This document shows, one piece after another, positions 11,640-24,365 of a stretch of DNA of 64,000 bases. The stretch spans positions 2,046,001 through 2,110,000 of the forward strand of contig AP026126.1 in NCBI GenBank assembly GCA_030295235.1. The letters run 5' to 3'. Position 1 is the stretch's first letter. Each line of letters starts with the position of its first letter. Both the position numbers and the translations under genes were made by a program. This DNA is from Fistulifera solaris. Taxonomy: Eukaryota. Below the pieces are notes generated by a model. The model did not search any database and was not told where the DNA came from. It saw only the letters and a list, made by a program, of their open reading frames with translations.

Positions 11640-12992
11640 TTACTGGCGGCGGCGGCTTCCCGAGTTGGACGTCGAGGGACTATCAGCCGAGTCGTTGCTT
11701 GCGCTTGCACTTGCTAGGTTGCGGCGGCTGCCCGAGTTGGACGTCGAGGGACTGTCGACAGAGTCGTTGCTTGCGCTTGCACTCGCGAGGTTGCGGCGGC
11801 TGCCCGAGTTGGACGTCGAGGGACTATCAGCCGAGTCGTTGCTTGCGCTTGCACTCGCGAGGTTGCGGTGGCTGCCCGAGTTGGACGTCGAGGGACTATC
11901 AGCCGAGTCGTTGCTTGCGCTTGCACTTGCTAGGTTGCGGCGGCTTCCCGAGTTGGACGTCGAGGGACTGTCGACAGAGTCGTTGCTTGCGCTTGCACTC
12001 GCGAGGTTGCGGCGGCTGCCCGAGTTGGACGTCGAGGGACTGTCGACAGAGTCGTTGCTTGCGCTTGCACTTGCTAGGTTGCGGCGGCTGCCCGAGTTGG
12101 ACGTCGAGGGACTATCAGCCGAGTCGTTGCTTGCGCTTGCACTTGCTAGGTTGCGGCGGCTGCCCGAGTTGGACGTCGAGGGACTATCAGCCGAGTCGTT
12201 GCTTGCACTTGCACTCGCGAGGTTGCGGCGGCTGCCCGAGTTGGACGTCGAGGGACTGTCGACAGAGTCGTTGCTTGCGCTTGCACTCGCGAGGTTGCGG
12301 CGGCTGCCCGAGTTGGACGTCGAGGGACTGTCGACAGAGTCGTTGCTTGCGCTTGCACTCGCGAGGTTGCGGTGGCTGCCCGAGTTGGACGTCGAGGGAC
12401 TATCAGCCGAGTCGTTGCTTGCGCTTGCACTTGCTAGGTTGCGGCGGCTTCCCGAGTTGGACGTCGAGGGACTGTCGACAGAGTCGTTGCTTGCGCTTGC
12501 ACTCGCGAGGTTGCGGCGGCTGCCCGAGTTGGACGTCGAGGGACTGTCGACAGAGTCGTTGCTTGCGCTTGCACTTGCTAGGTTGCGGCGGCTGCCCGAG
12601 TTGGACGTCGAGGGACTATCAGCCGAGTCGTTGCTTGCGCTTGCACTTGCTAGGTTGCGGCGGCTGCCCGAGTTGGACGTCGAGGGACTATCAGCCGAGT
12701 CGTTGCTTGCACTTGCACTCGCGAGGTTGCGGCGGCTGCCCGAGTTGGACGTCGAGGGACTGTCGACAGAGTCGTTGCTTGCGCTTGCACTCGCGAGGTT
12801 GCGGCGGCTGCCCGAGTTGGACGTCGAGGGACTGTCGACAGAGTCGTTACTGGAGCTTGCTAGGACACGCTTGCGCAACATCGTAGGAGCCTCATCTACG
12901 ACATTGCCGAACTCGTTGTTGATGTCGACGGCTTTTGAAGTTGCGCCCGTCAAAGAGATAAGGAATAAGATGGAAGTGGTTGAAAACTTCAT
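11640..12992 (-). CDS. Secreted Ser-rich tandem-repeat polyprotein with RXL spacers (silacidin-like precursor candidate)
   Basis: Signal peptide MKFSTTSILFLISLTGATS and a pro-region ending RKRVL. Then one 18 aa unit plus 16 x (R/H)RNL-ASASASNDS(A/V)DSPSTSNSGS, ending RRRQ. Confidence 0.8.
   Translation of the reverse strand: MKFSTTSILFLISLTGATSKAVDINNEFGNVVDEAPTMLRKRVLASSSNDSVDSPSTSNSGSRRNLASASASNDSVDSPSTSNSGSRRNLASASASNDSADSPSTSNSGSRRNLASASASNDSADSPSTSNSGSRRNLASASASNDSVDSPSTSNSGSRRNLASASASNDSVDSPSTSNSGSRRNLASASASNDSADSPSTSNSGSHRNLASASASNDSVDSPSTSNSGSRRNLASASASNDSVDSPSTSNSGSRRNLASASASNDSADSPSTSNSGSRRNLASASASNDSADSPSTSNSGSRRNLASASASNDSVDSPSTSNSGSRRNLASASASNDSVDSPSTSNSGSRRNLASASASNDSADSPSTSNSGSHRNLASASASNDSADSPSTSNSGSRRNLASASASNDSVDSPSTSNSGSRRNLASASASNDSADSPSTSNSGSRRRQ
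11644..12862. repeat. Coding tandem array of 72 bp units (about 17 copies) with a 504 bp higher-order period
   Basis: The 24 aa unit equals 72 bp. The diagnostic GGTGG (His) variant occurs at 11867 and 12371, exactly 504 bp apart. Confidence 0.95.
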
Positions 12993-14996
12993 GTTGAATC
13001 AGGAATCAGGTTTTGGTTTGAGATGTGCTTGTAAAGATATTTGAAGGAAATTATGAAACAGGATCGAAATGTAATGATGAAAAAGTGAAAGGATCCAATA
13101 ATTCGGTCGTTTTTCCTTCTTACGTCGCTCACCTCTAGACACAGTTTTTGGAATTACTATAAAGAAGAACAGTAGTTTCAACCACGCACGACTCAAAGTA
13201 TGATACATTTTGTGGCCGATGTTTGAATTGCCCACTCCTTCGAAATTCATAACATGGTGACAGCAATCTTGCTTTTTTTCTCACTCCGCTTCTTCACACC
13301 GAGAAGGTCTTGTTGGAACTGATAAAGTAAGATTCGATCTCGAACGAAATATCAGGAATTACGCGAATCATCAATCATCTTTCCAGTGATCGGTTTCTGT
13401 CACGACGTAGATTGTAGAATTCCAGGTAATAAAGTATCATCGTACTCACTGACGGCTGCCTTGATGAAAGGAGAACGGTATGTATGCCGAAACGCTCCTC
13501 GACTCCTCTTGAACTTTAGAAGTCGAGAAGGAGAGTGCGTATGATGTGTGTCTTTAAGCATCGCTACCAAGGGCGGATCCAACGAAACATCAGACAGATG
13601 CAAGGCGCTCTGCTACATTAGACATTCAAGCTAATCTCGACGTAAACGTTGTCTATTCTCTACACCCTTCGTGCTTAAGATAAAGCGGCTTCAGTACATG
13701 CTAGAGTCCGCTACAAAATATCGGGTCGCAACGATGTGCAAACAAGAATGATGCTTAAGACTCAACTGTAATCAATGCAGACAACAACATTTCATTTAGA
13801 ATGCATGGATCTATGGCTCGTTGGTTAACTTCCACGTAAACTTTGGTCGATCTCTCAGCCAAAGTGAGAGAACATGAGAGTGGCAGCACTCTTTCGTCTC
13901 CAGTACCTTGCAAAATGGCATGCTCCTCGCTCGACGCACACTGTGCATGAATTCACTCACAGCATCCGTGTGATTCGATAACAATAGTACCGTGTGTTGG
14001 AACTTAGCGGAAGGGGTTTCCAACGGCGCCGTCGCCTCGAATGGCGGTCGCAACAGTATAGACTCTTTCATCAGTTGAATGCATCCATGATTCCAAATTC
14101 CTGATAAAATTCGGGTCTTTCGAGCCGGGTTCGAGTCGAGGATGTGAGCGAGTAGCTGCGGTATGATTACCGTGAAGCCAAACTTTAGCAAAAGAGCAGT
14201 TTGTATCGATGTTCAGATAAGAGTCTTCTCCTCCCAATATTTTCAGGACCAAACGAATGTCGCCGTCTCGGCAATAGCAACTCCGTTCATATCAAAATAA
14301 GGCATTGTAGAAAACGTTGATCTGACAACCGAGTTCTGAAGCCGATCTTCTATAATTTTGAATAATTTTAATGAATCATGGTTCCGTTATCGCGCCAAAG
14401 GTAAAAGTTTTTGATTGCTAATTGATTTAAATTCATTCAGATCTTTCGGTTCTCGCTAGAATTGGTAAATTGGCAAATTGGGAATTCTCCGAGTTGGAAA
14501 CCGTTCGGCAATGGAAGACGTTCCAGCAAATCATTCGTTTCTCTTGTTCCAGTTCGATTAAGAAGTACTCCGTAAATAATGAATGATACGATCGCCTTGT
14601 TGTGAAGCGGTTGATTTTTGTTACGGAACAATACGTGTAGTCGACAGAGGGGACACCCGGATATAGTTCATGTCGAACGCATCCATTTATTGGGTCTGCA
14701 GCGCTCGGATGTCAACCTAAGGGTCTCCCATATTGCCAATGCATCTAACAAAGCAACGATTGAGTTTGTTTGGGCTTCAAAACAGAAAAAAGGAGAAAAG
14801 ATGCAATGCTTCGAAAGTCTACGCAGTTTTGATGTAACCCTGGTAGGGAAACTTATTGACAGAGGGGGTACCCGGAAACGGGGAATGAAACAACAAGCAA
14901 AGCAGTGCTGCGATATTGGATGAAAGCGCAATGAATGAAGGAATGTCGCACATCGATAGTGTTTCTTCACCACCGAAGTAGATAACCAGAAGGGTT

Positions 14997-16481
14997 ATGA
15001 CGAATCAAAACAGCAACCGCCAAAGCGAGGAGCAACCAAAGGACCGGTCCTCGCAACCACAGTCAACGCAAGAAAACGAAGACGCAAACGCGAAATTCTT
15101 CGTCACACAGAAGTCATTGCCTCTAGTTCGCTACTTATCGTCGAATCACAGCGATGAATGGGATTCTTATACAGACGATGAAGAATCCTTCATTCAAAGT
15201 TTCCCAAAAATCGAACTACATGTTCATCTCGACGGAAGTTTCGATCCTCATTATCTATTTGACTTCTTACAGCAACAACTCCAACAGTCCCCGCAGTACT
15301 CGGACCCCATACAAACACCATCTCCGTATTTGTGCTGGCCTACAGAACAGCCTGTTCCGTGGGATCCCGACAACAGCCCCTTACCGCTCCGTTCGAAAGT
15401 ACAAGATTGTCAAACACCCAAACAGTATCATCAACTCTGCACGTGTCGTGGCTATCGTTCACTCGCGCAAATGCTCCATTGCTTTCAATACTTTCTACCA
15501 CTAGTTCAAGGAAACTTGGAATTGCTGGAAAAACTTGCTTTCGATTTTGTGCAGCGGCAGTGGGAACAACATGTCATGTATACCGAAGTGCGTTATTCGC
15601 CGCATTTACTCGCTACGCAGCAATCAACAGGAGATGAGGAAAACAAGGCTACTTCTTCTATAATTTCAGCGGAACAAGTGTATCAGGCTGTTACACATGG
15701 ATTGCGTCGAGGAACGCAACACTTTGGAATCAAGGTAAACCAGATTTTGTGTGCCATCACGTGGCATCCCGAATGGGCCGAAGGGACTCTGGAATTGGCC
15801 CAAGAGCATTTTCACGAATTTCCTTGTGGGGTAGTAGGCATCGACATTGCCGCGGGCGAAGAGCATTTTGACGTGGAACGACACCCAGAGTTGTATCAAC
15901 CCCATTACGATATGATCCAAAAAGCCAAACAACTTCACATACCGATTGCGTTACACGCGGGAGAATCGACATCGCGAGCACGGGACAATGTACGAACAGC
16001 AATAGAAACATACGGTGCCAAACGCATTGGTCATGGCTACCGAATGGTGGATCAGCCCGAACTTATGAAGTTTGTCAAAGAACGAGGCTGTCACGTAGAA
16101 GTGTGTCTTACTTCGAGTGATGAAACGGGTGGATGGGATTATGATGAAAATACACACAAGGATTGGAAGCAGCATCCTTGTGTTACTATGAAACAGCACG
16201 GTGTGCCGTTTTCGTTGAGTTCCGATGACCCTGCAGTCTTCCATACGTCTCTGGCATGGCAATATCGTACCGCTGTCACCAAAATTGGATTTGATCGCGA
16301 AATATTCGAGCAAACGAACTTAGATGCGATAGCGGCCGCCTTTCTACCGGAAGATGAAAAGGAGGAATTGCGAGAACAAGTCCGTCGATACTGCAGCAAC
16401 GCGCATAGACGTTCGTTTCGAAGAGCTAGCTCGGAGACTTTTACCGATCGAGTGTATCTAAGCAACAAGCAATACCTGTAA
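14997..16481 (+). CDS. ADA: Adenosine deaminase family protein
   Basis: Motifs PKIELHVHLDGS, YTEVRYSP, VVGIDIAAGE, HAGE, RIGHG and SSDDP. Confidence 0.92.
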   Translation: MTNQNSNRQSEEQPKDRSSQPQSTQENEDANAKFFVTQKSLPLVRYLSSNHSDEWDSYTDDEESFIQSFPKIELHVHLDGSFDPHYLFDFLQQQLQQSPQYSDPIQTPSPYLCWPTEQPVPWDPDNSPLPLRSKVQDCQTPKQYHQLCTCRGYRSLAQMLHCFQYFLPLVQGNLELLEKLAFDFVQRQWEQHVMYTEVRYSPHLLATQQSTGDEENKATSSIISAEQVYQAVTHGLRRGTQHFGIKVNQILCAITWHPEWAEGTLELAQEHFHEFPCGVVGIDIAAGEEHFDVERHPELYQPHYDMIQKAKQLHIPIALHAGESTSRARDNVRTAIETYGAKRIGHGYRMVDQPELMKFVKERGCHVEVCLTSSDETGGWDYDENTHKDWKQHPCVTMKQHGVPFSLSSDDPAVFHTSLAWQYRTAVTKIGFDREIFEQTNLDAIAAAFLPEDEKEELREQVRRYCSNAHRRSFRRASSETFTDRVYLSNKQYL

Positions 16482-18338
16482 CTCGTAAATCGAGTAATTG
16501 AGTATTATGGATTGTTTTTTTCCAATGCGAAACGTTTCATCTGTTGCCTTATCTTCTCGTGCCTGACAATACAGGATCACGTCCTTATTCGTTTTTAATC
16601 GAGTTAGTGATCAGGTTAAGTTGTTCTAGCCGAGTAGCGGTACTGGATCCTTTGTACTGTATAATGAGCAGGAAAAATATACCAGAAGCAGTGCCGGTTG
16701 GTATAGGATTTCCCTACGTATTTTCTACGCACTTTTTTGTACAGCAACGGAGAGGAATTTTAACCTAAACCCTAACGATTCTTATCCTTTTGCAATTAAC
16801 AAGGATGAATTTAGTTGTAGGTTGTATTCTAGTAGCCGACCGCATAGTAACTCGCAGTTAGATTAGGCAAAGGTCTAAGTCGATATATAAAGGTCACTGT
16901 TCCTCCGATTCACCTTTCTGCGCATCAATTATACCGCCATCATACAAAAGCTTACGTGATGACCAAAGTCGATGACAAAAGTTTACTGCGCACGGATAGC
17001 TCAGCAAACTCGGCAACAACAGAAGTTACGATACAAAGGGTCTATCTACAAAGAGATAGAATGCTGTTGAACAAGTAAGCAACAAGGAGAGTCGATGCTA
17101 ACCAAATTACTACAGAAACCAGGCGTCGTCAGGCGCCTTAAGCAAAGACTTAAGCTAAGATAAAAATAATTTTTTAAAAAAGATCATCTAGAGAGCTATT
17201 GATAAATATTAAACACTTTACCACCTCAATCTTAAATAAGATGTTGTCGAAAATACCGTTCAGCTCTATCTGGAGAAAAGAAAAATTTCGCATCAAAAAA
17301 CTTCCGTTGCCCGACTGCCATTTTTGTATGAATCTTGAAAATACTTTGAATACTTGCAGACACACAAAATTGTGGTTCTGAAGTTTCATGAACCAGCGTA
17401 GATTTGTTTCAATTTCTTTAGGTCGTTCTGATGATTTATTAAAGAACGCCTCCTGTCACGTTTAAACTGTTGAACACTGCTCAAACGCGTTGTGCTAACG
17501 ACGTTTTTGCCTTTGCTGTGTACTTTATGTGCAATGGTAGCTCCAGAGTAAGAGTTTCTCTGTGAAGTCATTCACTATCGTGTTCAGCGAAAGGTTCGGA
17601 GATCGGAATTTTACGACGAACTATGAACACCACTTCATTGCAGATCGAATTGATGCATCACGGCACGATAGTGCGAAGCAGCGGGCTCTTTGTGACGAAG
17701 GACGACTTTACATTAACATAGTTTTTCGCGTAGCAACGACTTGTCGGCTTTCTCATGGTTTCTTTCCTTTTAATGGCTCATTTTTTTACTGGCTTTTCGA
17801 CAAAAATGCGGCAGACGTATTACTAGTGATTGAAGGACTCCCACGATTTTTTCACAGTTCACGTCATGGTGGTACTTTTCGAAACGGCACCGGTATTTCT
17901 TCACCCGCTATACCCCGACGGTATATTTTTCCAAAAATACTCAAGGTACTATGCCAAAAGTAGTATATTAAGCGCAGAAACTACTTCGAGTATTTTTGGA
18001 AAAACATACCAAATTGGTATAGCGAGACGTAGAAAAGACGTAGAAGTGGTATAAATGTACGGGAGGCTGGTATGGTACAGTACAAGTACCAGGTACCGAT
18101 ACTCTAAAAGTCTCCTTCTCCCAAAAATCAGAGACCGAGATCCACTAAAATTCCATTCCAACGCTTCGTCAAAAAAGGAAAAGCAAGACCCAACGGCGCA
18201 CATTCGTCCTCTCACTTTTTCGTTCCTTAACTCCCAACAAAAAAGAATAAAACAAAAGTTCTGTTATCTAAGAGGGCGGCTTTTTAATTTGCTTTTTATT
18301 GACTTGGTTGGTGGTTATCAATTACCTGAATCAACCCA

Positions 18339-19665
18339 TGGCAAAAGGGCACGATGCACATTCGGCGACCAGCTTTGAGATCTCCGATGACGAATCCTCA
18401 ATCCATAGTTCTGATTACGGAACATCTTCTTCCGTCGATTCCGCAACCCATATTCGATCCGTTGCATTGAGTATTGGGGCGTCTACCATGCTAGATTTTC
18501 AAGGCGACGAAGGTGATGAAGATGTGTTGGATATTCAAAAACGATGGAAACTCAAGAAACAAGAGCATCTGAACAAACACAAAATCAAGAAGAATCCTCA
18601 AAAAGAAAATATTCGAGCAAACAAAGTGCCGGAGACAGTGAATGCTTATCTGATGTCTGGGTTGACGAAAGCGATTCATCTTGGGATCACGACGAGCGGC
18701 ATAATCAGAAGCATTCACATCGATCGTCGCGGCAGTCGGCAACGGCATCTAGACACTCCGGTAAAGTTCATTCATCGCAAAGTAGACGCAGTGAAAAAAA
18801 TTGGGAAAGGAGCAGAGGACACGCTAAGTCGCGCAGCATTTCAGAAGGGGGTGGAAGGTCTGAAAAGGGAAGTTTCAATACGGACCGTTCTCGTTCATCT
18901 GGTGCGGTCAAGTTAGAATACGTCGATTACATTTCCAAAGTCGATGTGGCTTCGAACAATAGAGGCATCTCTACTGTAGGTCCCATTGGAAGTGAGGAAG
19001 CAAAATCTGCTTTTAACATGAGAGAAATTCCTCACACGATTGCAGCTCAAAAGAGTGGCGACGATGTCTCATCAATCGGCGGCTACTCACACGTACATGT
19101 TGCGATGCAAGCATATCGGAAGAAGCAACAAGAGCAACAACGTCAACAAACAGCGGCACATAGACCTGAAGCAGAATTACTGGAGGAGGTGGAAGACGTT
19201 ACAAAGCGAGATGACACGCGCAATGCTACGCAAGGCCGTGTTACCAGATCGATATCGTCTTCACGCTCTGCCTCGAAACGAATGCACCCCACTAACTCCT
19301 CGCATCCGCGCTCTGCGAGCATGGATCAGCCAAGAGGTCCTCCTCCCATGATTCCTGAGTCTAAGGTACAAAATCCTGATATGTACCGTTTTGGTTCAAA
19401 AATGGGCCCGAGCAGACTCGATGCAAATCGACTTGAGGCACTTCGAATCCAAGCTCAACGGCTACATTCCATGCCAGATTTAGAGCATGGAATCCAACAA
19501 CGCTATGAAAGGACAATGCAACACCCGAATGGGATGATGATGATGGTCAAGCCCGAAGATATACCTTTGCAGCGAACTGGGATGGAGCTTCTCTTTGTCG
19601 CCGTCATATCTGTTTCACTGATCACGCTGGTCGTCTTGTTAATAATAATGATGACTCAAAAATGA
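18339..19665 (+). CDS. Disordered hypothetical protein with C-terminal transmembrane anchor; frameshift near 18540
   Basis: Adding one A to the A-run at 18537-18541 joins MAKGHDAH... to METQETR...; the C-terminus is LLFVAVISVSLITLVVLLIIMM. Confidence 0.55.
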
Positions 19666-19909
19666 GGCGGCCATTTACCACGTTGTACGGTCATTCGTTT
19701 TGGTGGAAATTTATCAGTTGTGCATTAGAATATCAAGAGCAGCAAATACGAATTGAATAACAACACTACATTTCATTTTATTTTCTTCTACTTCGAACTC
19801 TACTCCGCTATCTCTCTCATCTCATCTTCATTTTCACAAGCCTACGCTATTGTTTTTTTTGTAATCTTCTTCCTTTATGTCTTTCTTTCCTTCCATCCTC
19901 TCTACAATC

Positions 19910-21099
19910 AGTTCCCCTAAGTCTTCGCTGACTAAAGCTTCAGCCACAATTCCTTAGCAGCCGTCTCTAGTCTGGATTAACCCTTTCACCGCACCGCAAC
20001 GTTCCGACTTTTCTTTCTATGGAATTGTCACTGTTTCTCCCGGATCCTCATTATTCTCCGATCTTGCAGAGCTACCACGACCGTTCGATGTCAAGGCCTC
20101 ACTTTTTACTTGAGTGTTGTGCGCGTCTTCCACTTCATCAACTCCATCTTCGAGGGTCCGCCCTTTCATCTATACCACTTAAATCGCCAGCATCTTCTAG
20201 AGCACTAGTGCCGGTACCTCCGGTTATTTCTGTGATACGCCCAAGGCCATCGTGTCCTCCTCCAAGCCCACCAATTCAGTCGCGTTACTATCGCTGATAC
20301 AAGCTCCAATCTTTGCCATGGTACTTCGCACGGCGTTTTGGTTCTCGTTCTCATTTTGTCGGCTCCTCTTTGCTGAAGTTCCTTTGTGAGTTTCCCCACT
20401 TTCATATTTCAGTCGCACTGTAGTCCGCTTAATCATTTTCATGAGTAGTACCTTCTTCAATGTCGCCATCGCCGTCCGCATCGGCATTCATTTCAAATTC
20501 TATGGCGTCTTCCTGGTTAGCCCCAGCTTCCATGTTGTTTTCAGCAAAGCCTCCTCCTGTTTCAAGATCTCCTTCTGGTGGCGTCCAGTCTGGATCAGCA
20601 AAGTCCATTTCAATAAGTTCGGGAGCCTCACCCAAAGCAGGCAAATTTTTCGGATCACAAACGATTTTCATAGTCTCTGGGTGACTCAATCAGTTTAGCA
20701 CAAACAGGACTGACTGCTATCTCGAATGGCACGTAGATCCTCATCGTTCTCAACCGCTTCTGCTAATTGGTCAGAATCCATCTTCACAAGTTCTTCCATT
20801 TGTGCTTGAACCTTAGGGTCTTCTAAATGATCCACAGCTTTACGTAACGCTGCTCTGTTTGCTGGATGCTTTTCATAAATCGCCTGTTTTCTGGCTTCTG
20901 CTTCCGCTTCGCCATCACCATCAACGTCAGCGTCGCCGTCCGTATCTGCTCCTTCCGCTAAATCTGCAGCACTATCACAGAAACACCCCGTCACGAATAA
21001 TCCTCTGACAAGGGCAAAGCCTCCACCAAAGATGCAACCGACAAGCTTTTAAATCGCAGAAGAATTCTTGCGGCTTTCGCATTGAGGATTATGGTTCAT
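19910..21099 (-). pseudogene. Fragmented acidic protein with an STI1-like segment; pseudogene or low-quality consensus, boundaries approximate
   Basis: Fragments LEDPKVQAQMEELVKMD...LRAIRDS and (L)MSHPETMKIVCDPKNL lie in different frames, with several small indels (e.g. duplicated CAGT near 20710). Confidence 0.4.
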
Positions 21100-21218
21100 C
21101 CAGTCCCGTTCTCAGTCTTGAGAGATGCGTGTACTCCTACATCTACATGCACATAATGTACTTGTATGTTTTCGTTCGTGAATCATCCACACTCCACCGA
21201 ACCGACGGAAACAATCAT

Positions 21219-21275
21219 TCATTCCTTTTCTTCCTACTCCGTAGTAATCATTCCTTTTCTTCCTACTCCGTAGTA
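21219..21275. repeat. Perfect tandem duplication, 29 bp period
   Basis: TCATTCCTTTTCTTCCTACTCCGTAGTA occurs at 21219 and 21248. Confidence 0.9.
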
Positions 21276-21384
21276 CTTGATTTTGAATGAAACATCATTC
21301 ATTCGTCGTTGCTTTGCTTCTTTACATTCATTATTCCATTTCTATCCTTTGCTTTGAGGCCACAGTCTGATAGTAAGCTTTATT

Positions 21385-24365
21385 ATGGTGGAAAACGGCA
21401 ATCACGTCAATGCTACGAATGGCGGGCTTTTTTCGGTCTCCGAACCATCCTCGAGTAAAAAGCCATACTGGCAAATCACTGCTTTCATCTCATTGATATC
21501 GACTGATCTCCTAGTATCTTTACTCTTGATGACACCTTTATTCCCTAAACTCATCAAGGGGTCAGCAAACGATCATTACACTGTTTACGGTACACTTTCT
21601 GATTTAGGATTGCTGGCCCTCGTGCGAGTTTTGACATCGCTCGTAGCCCTGGCGGTTTCCTACGTTAAAGCCGAAGAGCGACCGGAGTATCCCTTTGTTC
21701 TACTTCATCCGAACGGAGAAAAGAAGACGCGAGAAGAACTGGAAGAAGAAGCCTTAGAAGAGGCGTTTGGATCTTGGCTTTGGCGATTTAGCACTCGACC
21801 GTCATTTGCGACCGAACTGGTGGCTACTTTAACACAGGGGCTTTGTGTTGTGAAAGCTCTGTTACGAATGAATATTGAGATCGGTCTCTATCATGACAAG
21901 CAGCCGATGCATCCGCTACTTTGGGTGGCGATCATGTTGGCAGCCTTTATGAGTTTGCTAGAAGCATGCGTGCTCGACCATGTTTGTCAGTTAGTTGTCA
22001 GCTACGCGAAAGAAAATGAGCCACGGGGAATGCTTCGAACGCTATCATCCCTTAGTGTACCTCTTTTGGCGGCGGATTCGAGATCGGTAGATGAAGAGCA
22101 AGACGGGAGTCTTGAAGAAGAACAGGAGAATGAAGTGGAAGTAAGAGGCGTGAGCGACATTACCAGCGATACCAACTACAAGGCTTCATGGAAAGATTTG
22201 CTTCAGACTTGTGCTCCTGATATTCATTTGCTCGTACTGGCTTTTTGTTTTTTTGATTTTTGCTGCCGTATCGCAGACACTTATTCCACTTTATCTCGGA
22301 CACATACTTGATGCACTGACGGAGGCTTTCTCAAACCACAATGAAGATAACGACGATGAATCCGTCTTGCAAGTTCCTGGTTTTATCAAGAATATTGAAC
22401 TTTTAGTCCTTGTATCCATTTGTGCAGGCGTCTTTTCCGGTTTGCGAGGTCAGTAAAATCCTTACCTGTCGTAAACGAATGTATGCTTTGAAATGAAGGA
22501 AGCTCACGCAAATTTTTCACAATGGGCAGGTTCAATTTTTACCGTCGTTGGTGGCAGAGTCAATTGTCGTTTGCGTATCAAATTGATGGATTCGCTACTC
22601 GTTCAGGATATTGGCTTTTTCGATGTGACCAAAACGGGCGATATAACCTCACGCCTGTCGTCGGATACCACGCTCGTGGGCGATCAAGTCACAATGAATG
22701 TGAATATATTCCTCCGTTCATTAGTGCAAGCTCTTGGTGTTCTGGGTTTCATGTTTACGGTATCTTGGCAGTTGTCTGTGTTGGCATTTATTAGTGTTCC
22801 CGTGATCACAATGATCAGTCGATGGTATGGTGGCTATGTTCGTTCCTTGACTAAACTGATGCAAAAGCGACTCGCCGAGGGGAACGTTGTTAGCGAATCG
22901 GTGCTCAGCGCCATGTCCACGGTCAGGTCCTTCGATGCAGCAACCAATGAACTGAAGGAATTTGAAAAGTGCATGGACAAATACCTCACATTGAATATGC
23001 GATCCTCATTCGCATATTGTGGCTTCGCATGTTTGACAACGTCGCTCCCCGAGCTTGTGTTTGCTGTTGTCGGTAAGTCTCGCCCGCGTTTAGTATAGTA
23101 TAGACGTGTACGAATTCTGACCTTTACCTGATGTGCTACAGTGTTTTATGGTGGATTGATGGTTCGCAACGAGGATATCACCAGCGGCCAGCTAGTTAGT
23201 TTTCTGCTCTATTTACAATCGCTTTCCGACGCGATTGCCAGTATGGGGTGGGTTTTTGGTTCTTTGACACAAGCAGTGGGAGCAGCCGACAAAGTTTTTG
23301 AACTATTGAATCGTCAACCGAAAGTCACTCCTCCGTCGACCACGCGTCCCATCATGGAAGCGGAACGTCACTCCCGTGCACACAATTTACAATTGGGCAC
23401 ATTTAAGACAACAAACCAACGATTGCAAGGTATTGTGCCGGAGTCGGCGCGGGGTCAGATCGAATTCAAGGACGTGACGCTGTATTACCCTTCCCGGCCA
23501 CAAAAGCGTGTGTTAAACGGGATCTCATTCAAAGTCGAACCCGGTTCCATAGTTGCGTTGGTGGGAGAATCAGGTGGAGGAAAGAGCAGCATTATTTCGT
23601 TACTATTGCATCACTATGAACAGCAGTCGGGTCAAATTTTGTTTGATGGGATAGCCATTCACGAACTACAAGCCGCTTGGCTCTGCCGAAACGTGTCGAT
23701 TGTTTCACAGGAACCCACGTTGTTTGGCCGCAGTATCAAACGCAATATAATGTACGGACTGGAAGGCACGTCCGCGGAACCGAGCCAAGAAGAAATTGAA
23801 GAGGCGGCGCGTTTGGCCAATGCCGATTCCTTCATTCAAAATATGCCGATGAAATACGATACGGAGAGTGGGTGAGCGCGGTGTGCAGCTGAGCGGCGGA
23901 CAAAAGCAAAGAATTGCCATTGCTCGTGCCTTGGTGCGCAAACCTCGTGTGTTACTCTGTAAGTATCGATTGAATTCAGGTGTGGCTTATCGTTGATAGA
24001 TGCTGATCCTTTGACCACATTCCCACGTTGCTGGGCCCGCAGTGGACGAAGCCACATCAGCCCTTGATGCTGAAAGTGAGCATTTGGTCCAACAAGCCAT
24101 TGATGATATGATTTCTCGTGGAAAGAACAGCGACTCTGGCGAAGAGCCCATGACAGTTGTGATTGTAGCTCATCGTTTGTCAACAGTTCGGAGTGCTGAT
24201 CGTATATTCGTTTTAAAAGACGGCGCGGTGGTGGAAGAAGGCAACCATGAGGAGTTGCTGCAAAATGATACGGGCGTGTACGCTTCTTTGATTCAACGAC
24301 AAATGGAAGCTCAAAGGAAATTAGATAGCAGTGATGCTTTCACAGATGTAGAGGCTGATAATTAG
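21385..24365 (+). CDS. ABC transporter subfamily B half-transporter (TAP/ABCB9-like); introns ~22449-22529, ~23073-23141, ~23959-24042; frameshifts ~22250 and ~23868
   Basis: QDIGFFD...GDITSRL, Walker [10 protein letters not shown]-loop VSQEP, signature [23 protein letters not shown] and AHRLST. An extra N-terminal TM domain is present. Confidence 0.92.

Noticed and set aside
11644..12862. Repeat array as a CRISPR
   Set aside because: No unique spacers, an in-frame coding unit, eukaryotic context and no cas genes.
11584..13044. Long plus-strand ORFs (486 aa LRR-looking; 395 aa Cys/Arg-rich) over the repeat
   Set aside because: These are antisense shadows of a stop-free 72 bp unit with non-ATG starts. 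Only the minus strand has an ATG, signal peptide and processing sites.
13400..14973. Several short ORFs between the polyprotein gene and ADA
   Set aside because: No recognisable motifs or consistent exon structure.
16761..16776. Telomere-like TAACCTAAACCCTAAC
   Set aside because: Only about 2 degenerate units; likely chance.
16800..18300. AT-rich stretch with short ORFs as a possible transposon relic
   Set aside because: No transposase or RT motifs and no terminal repeats identified.
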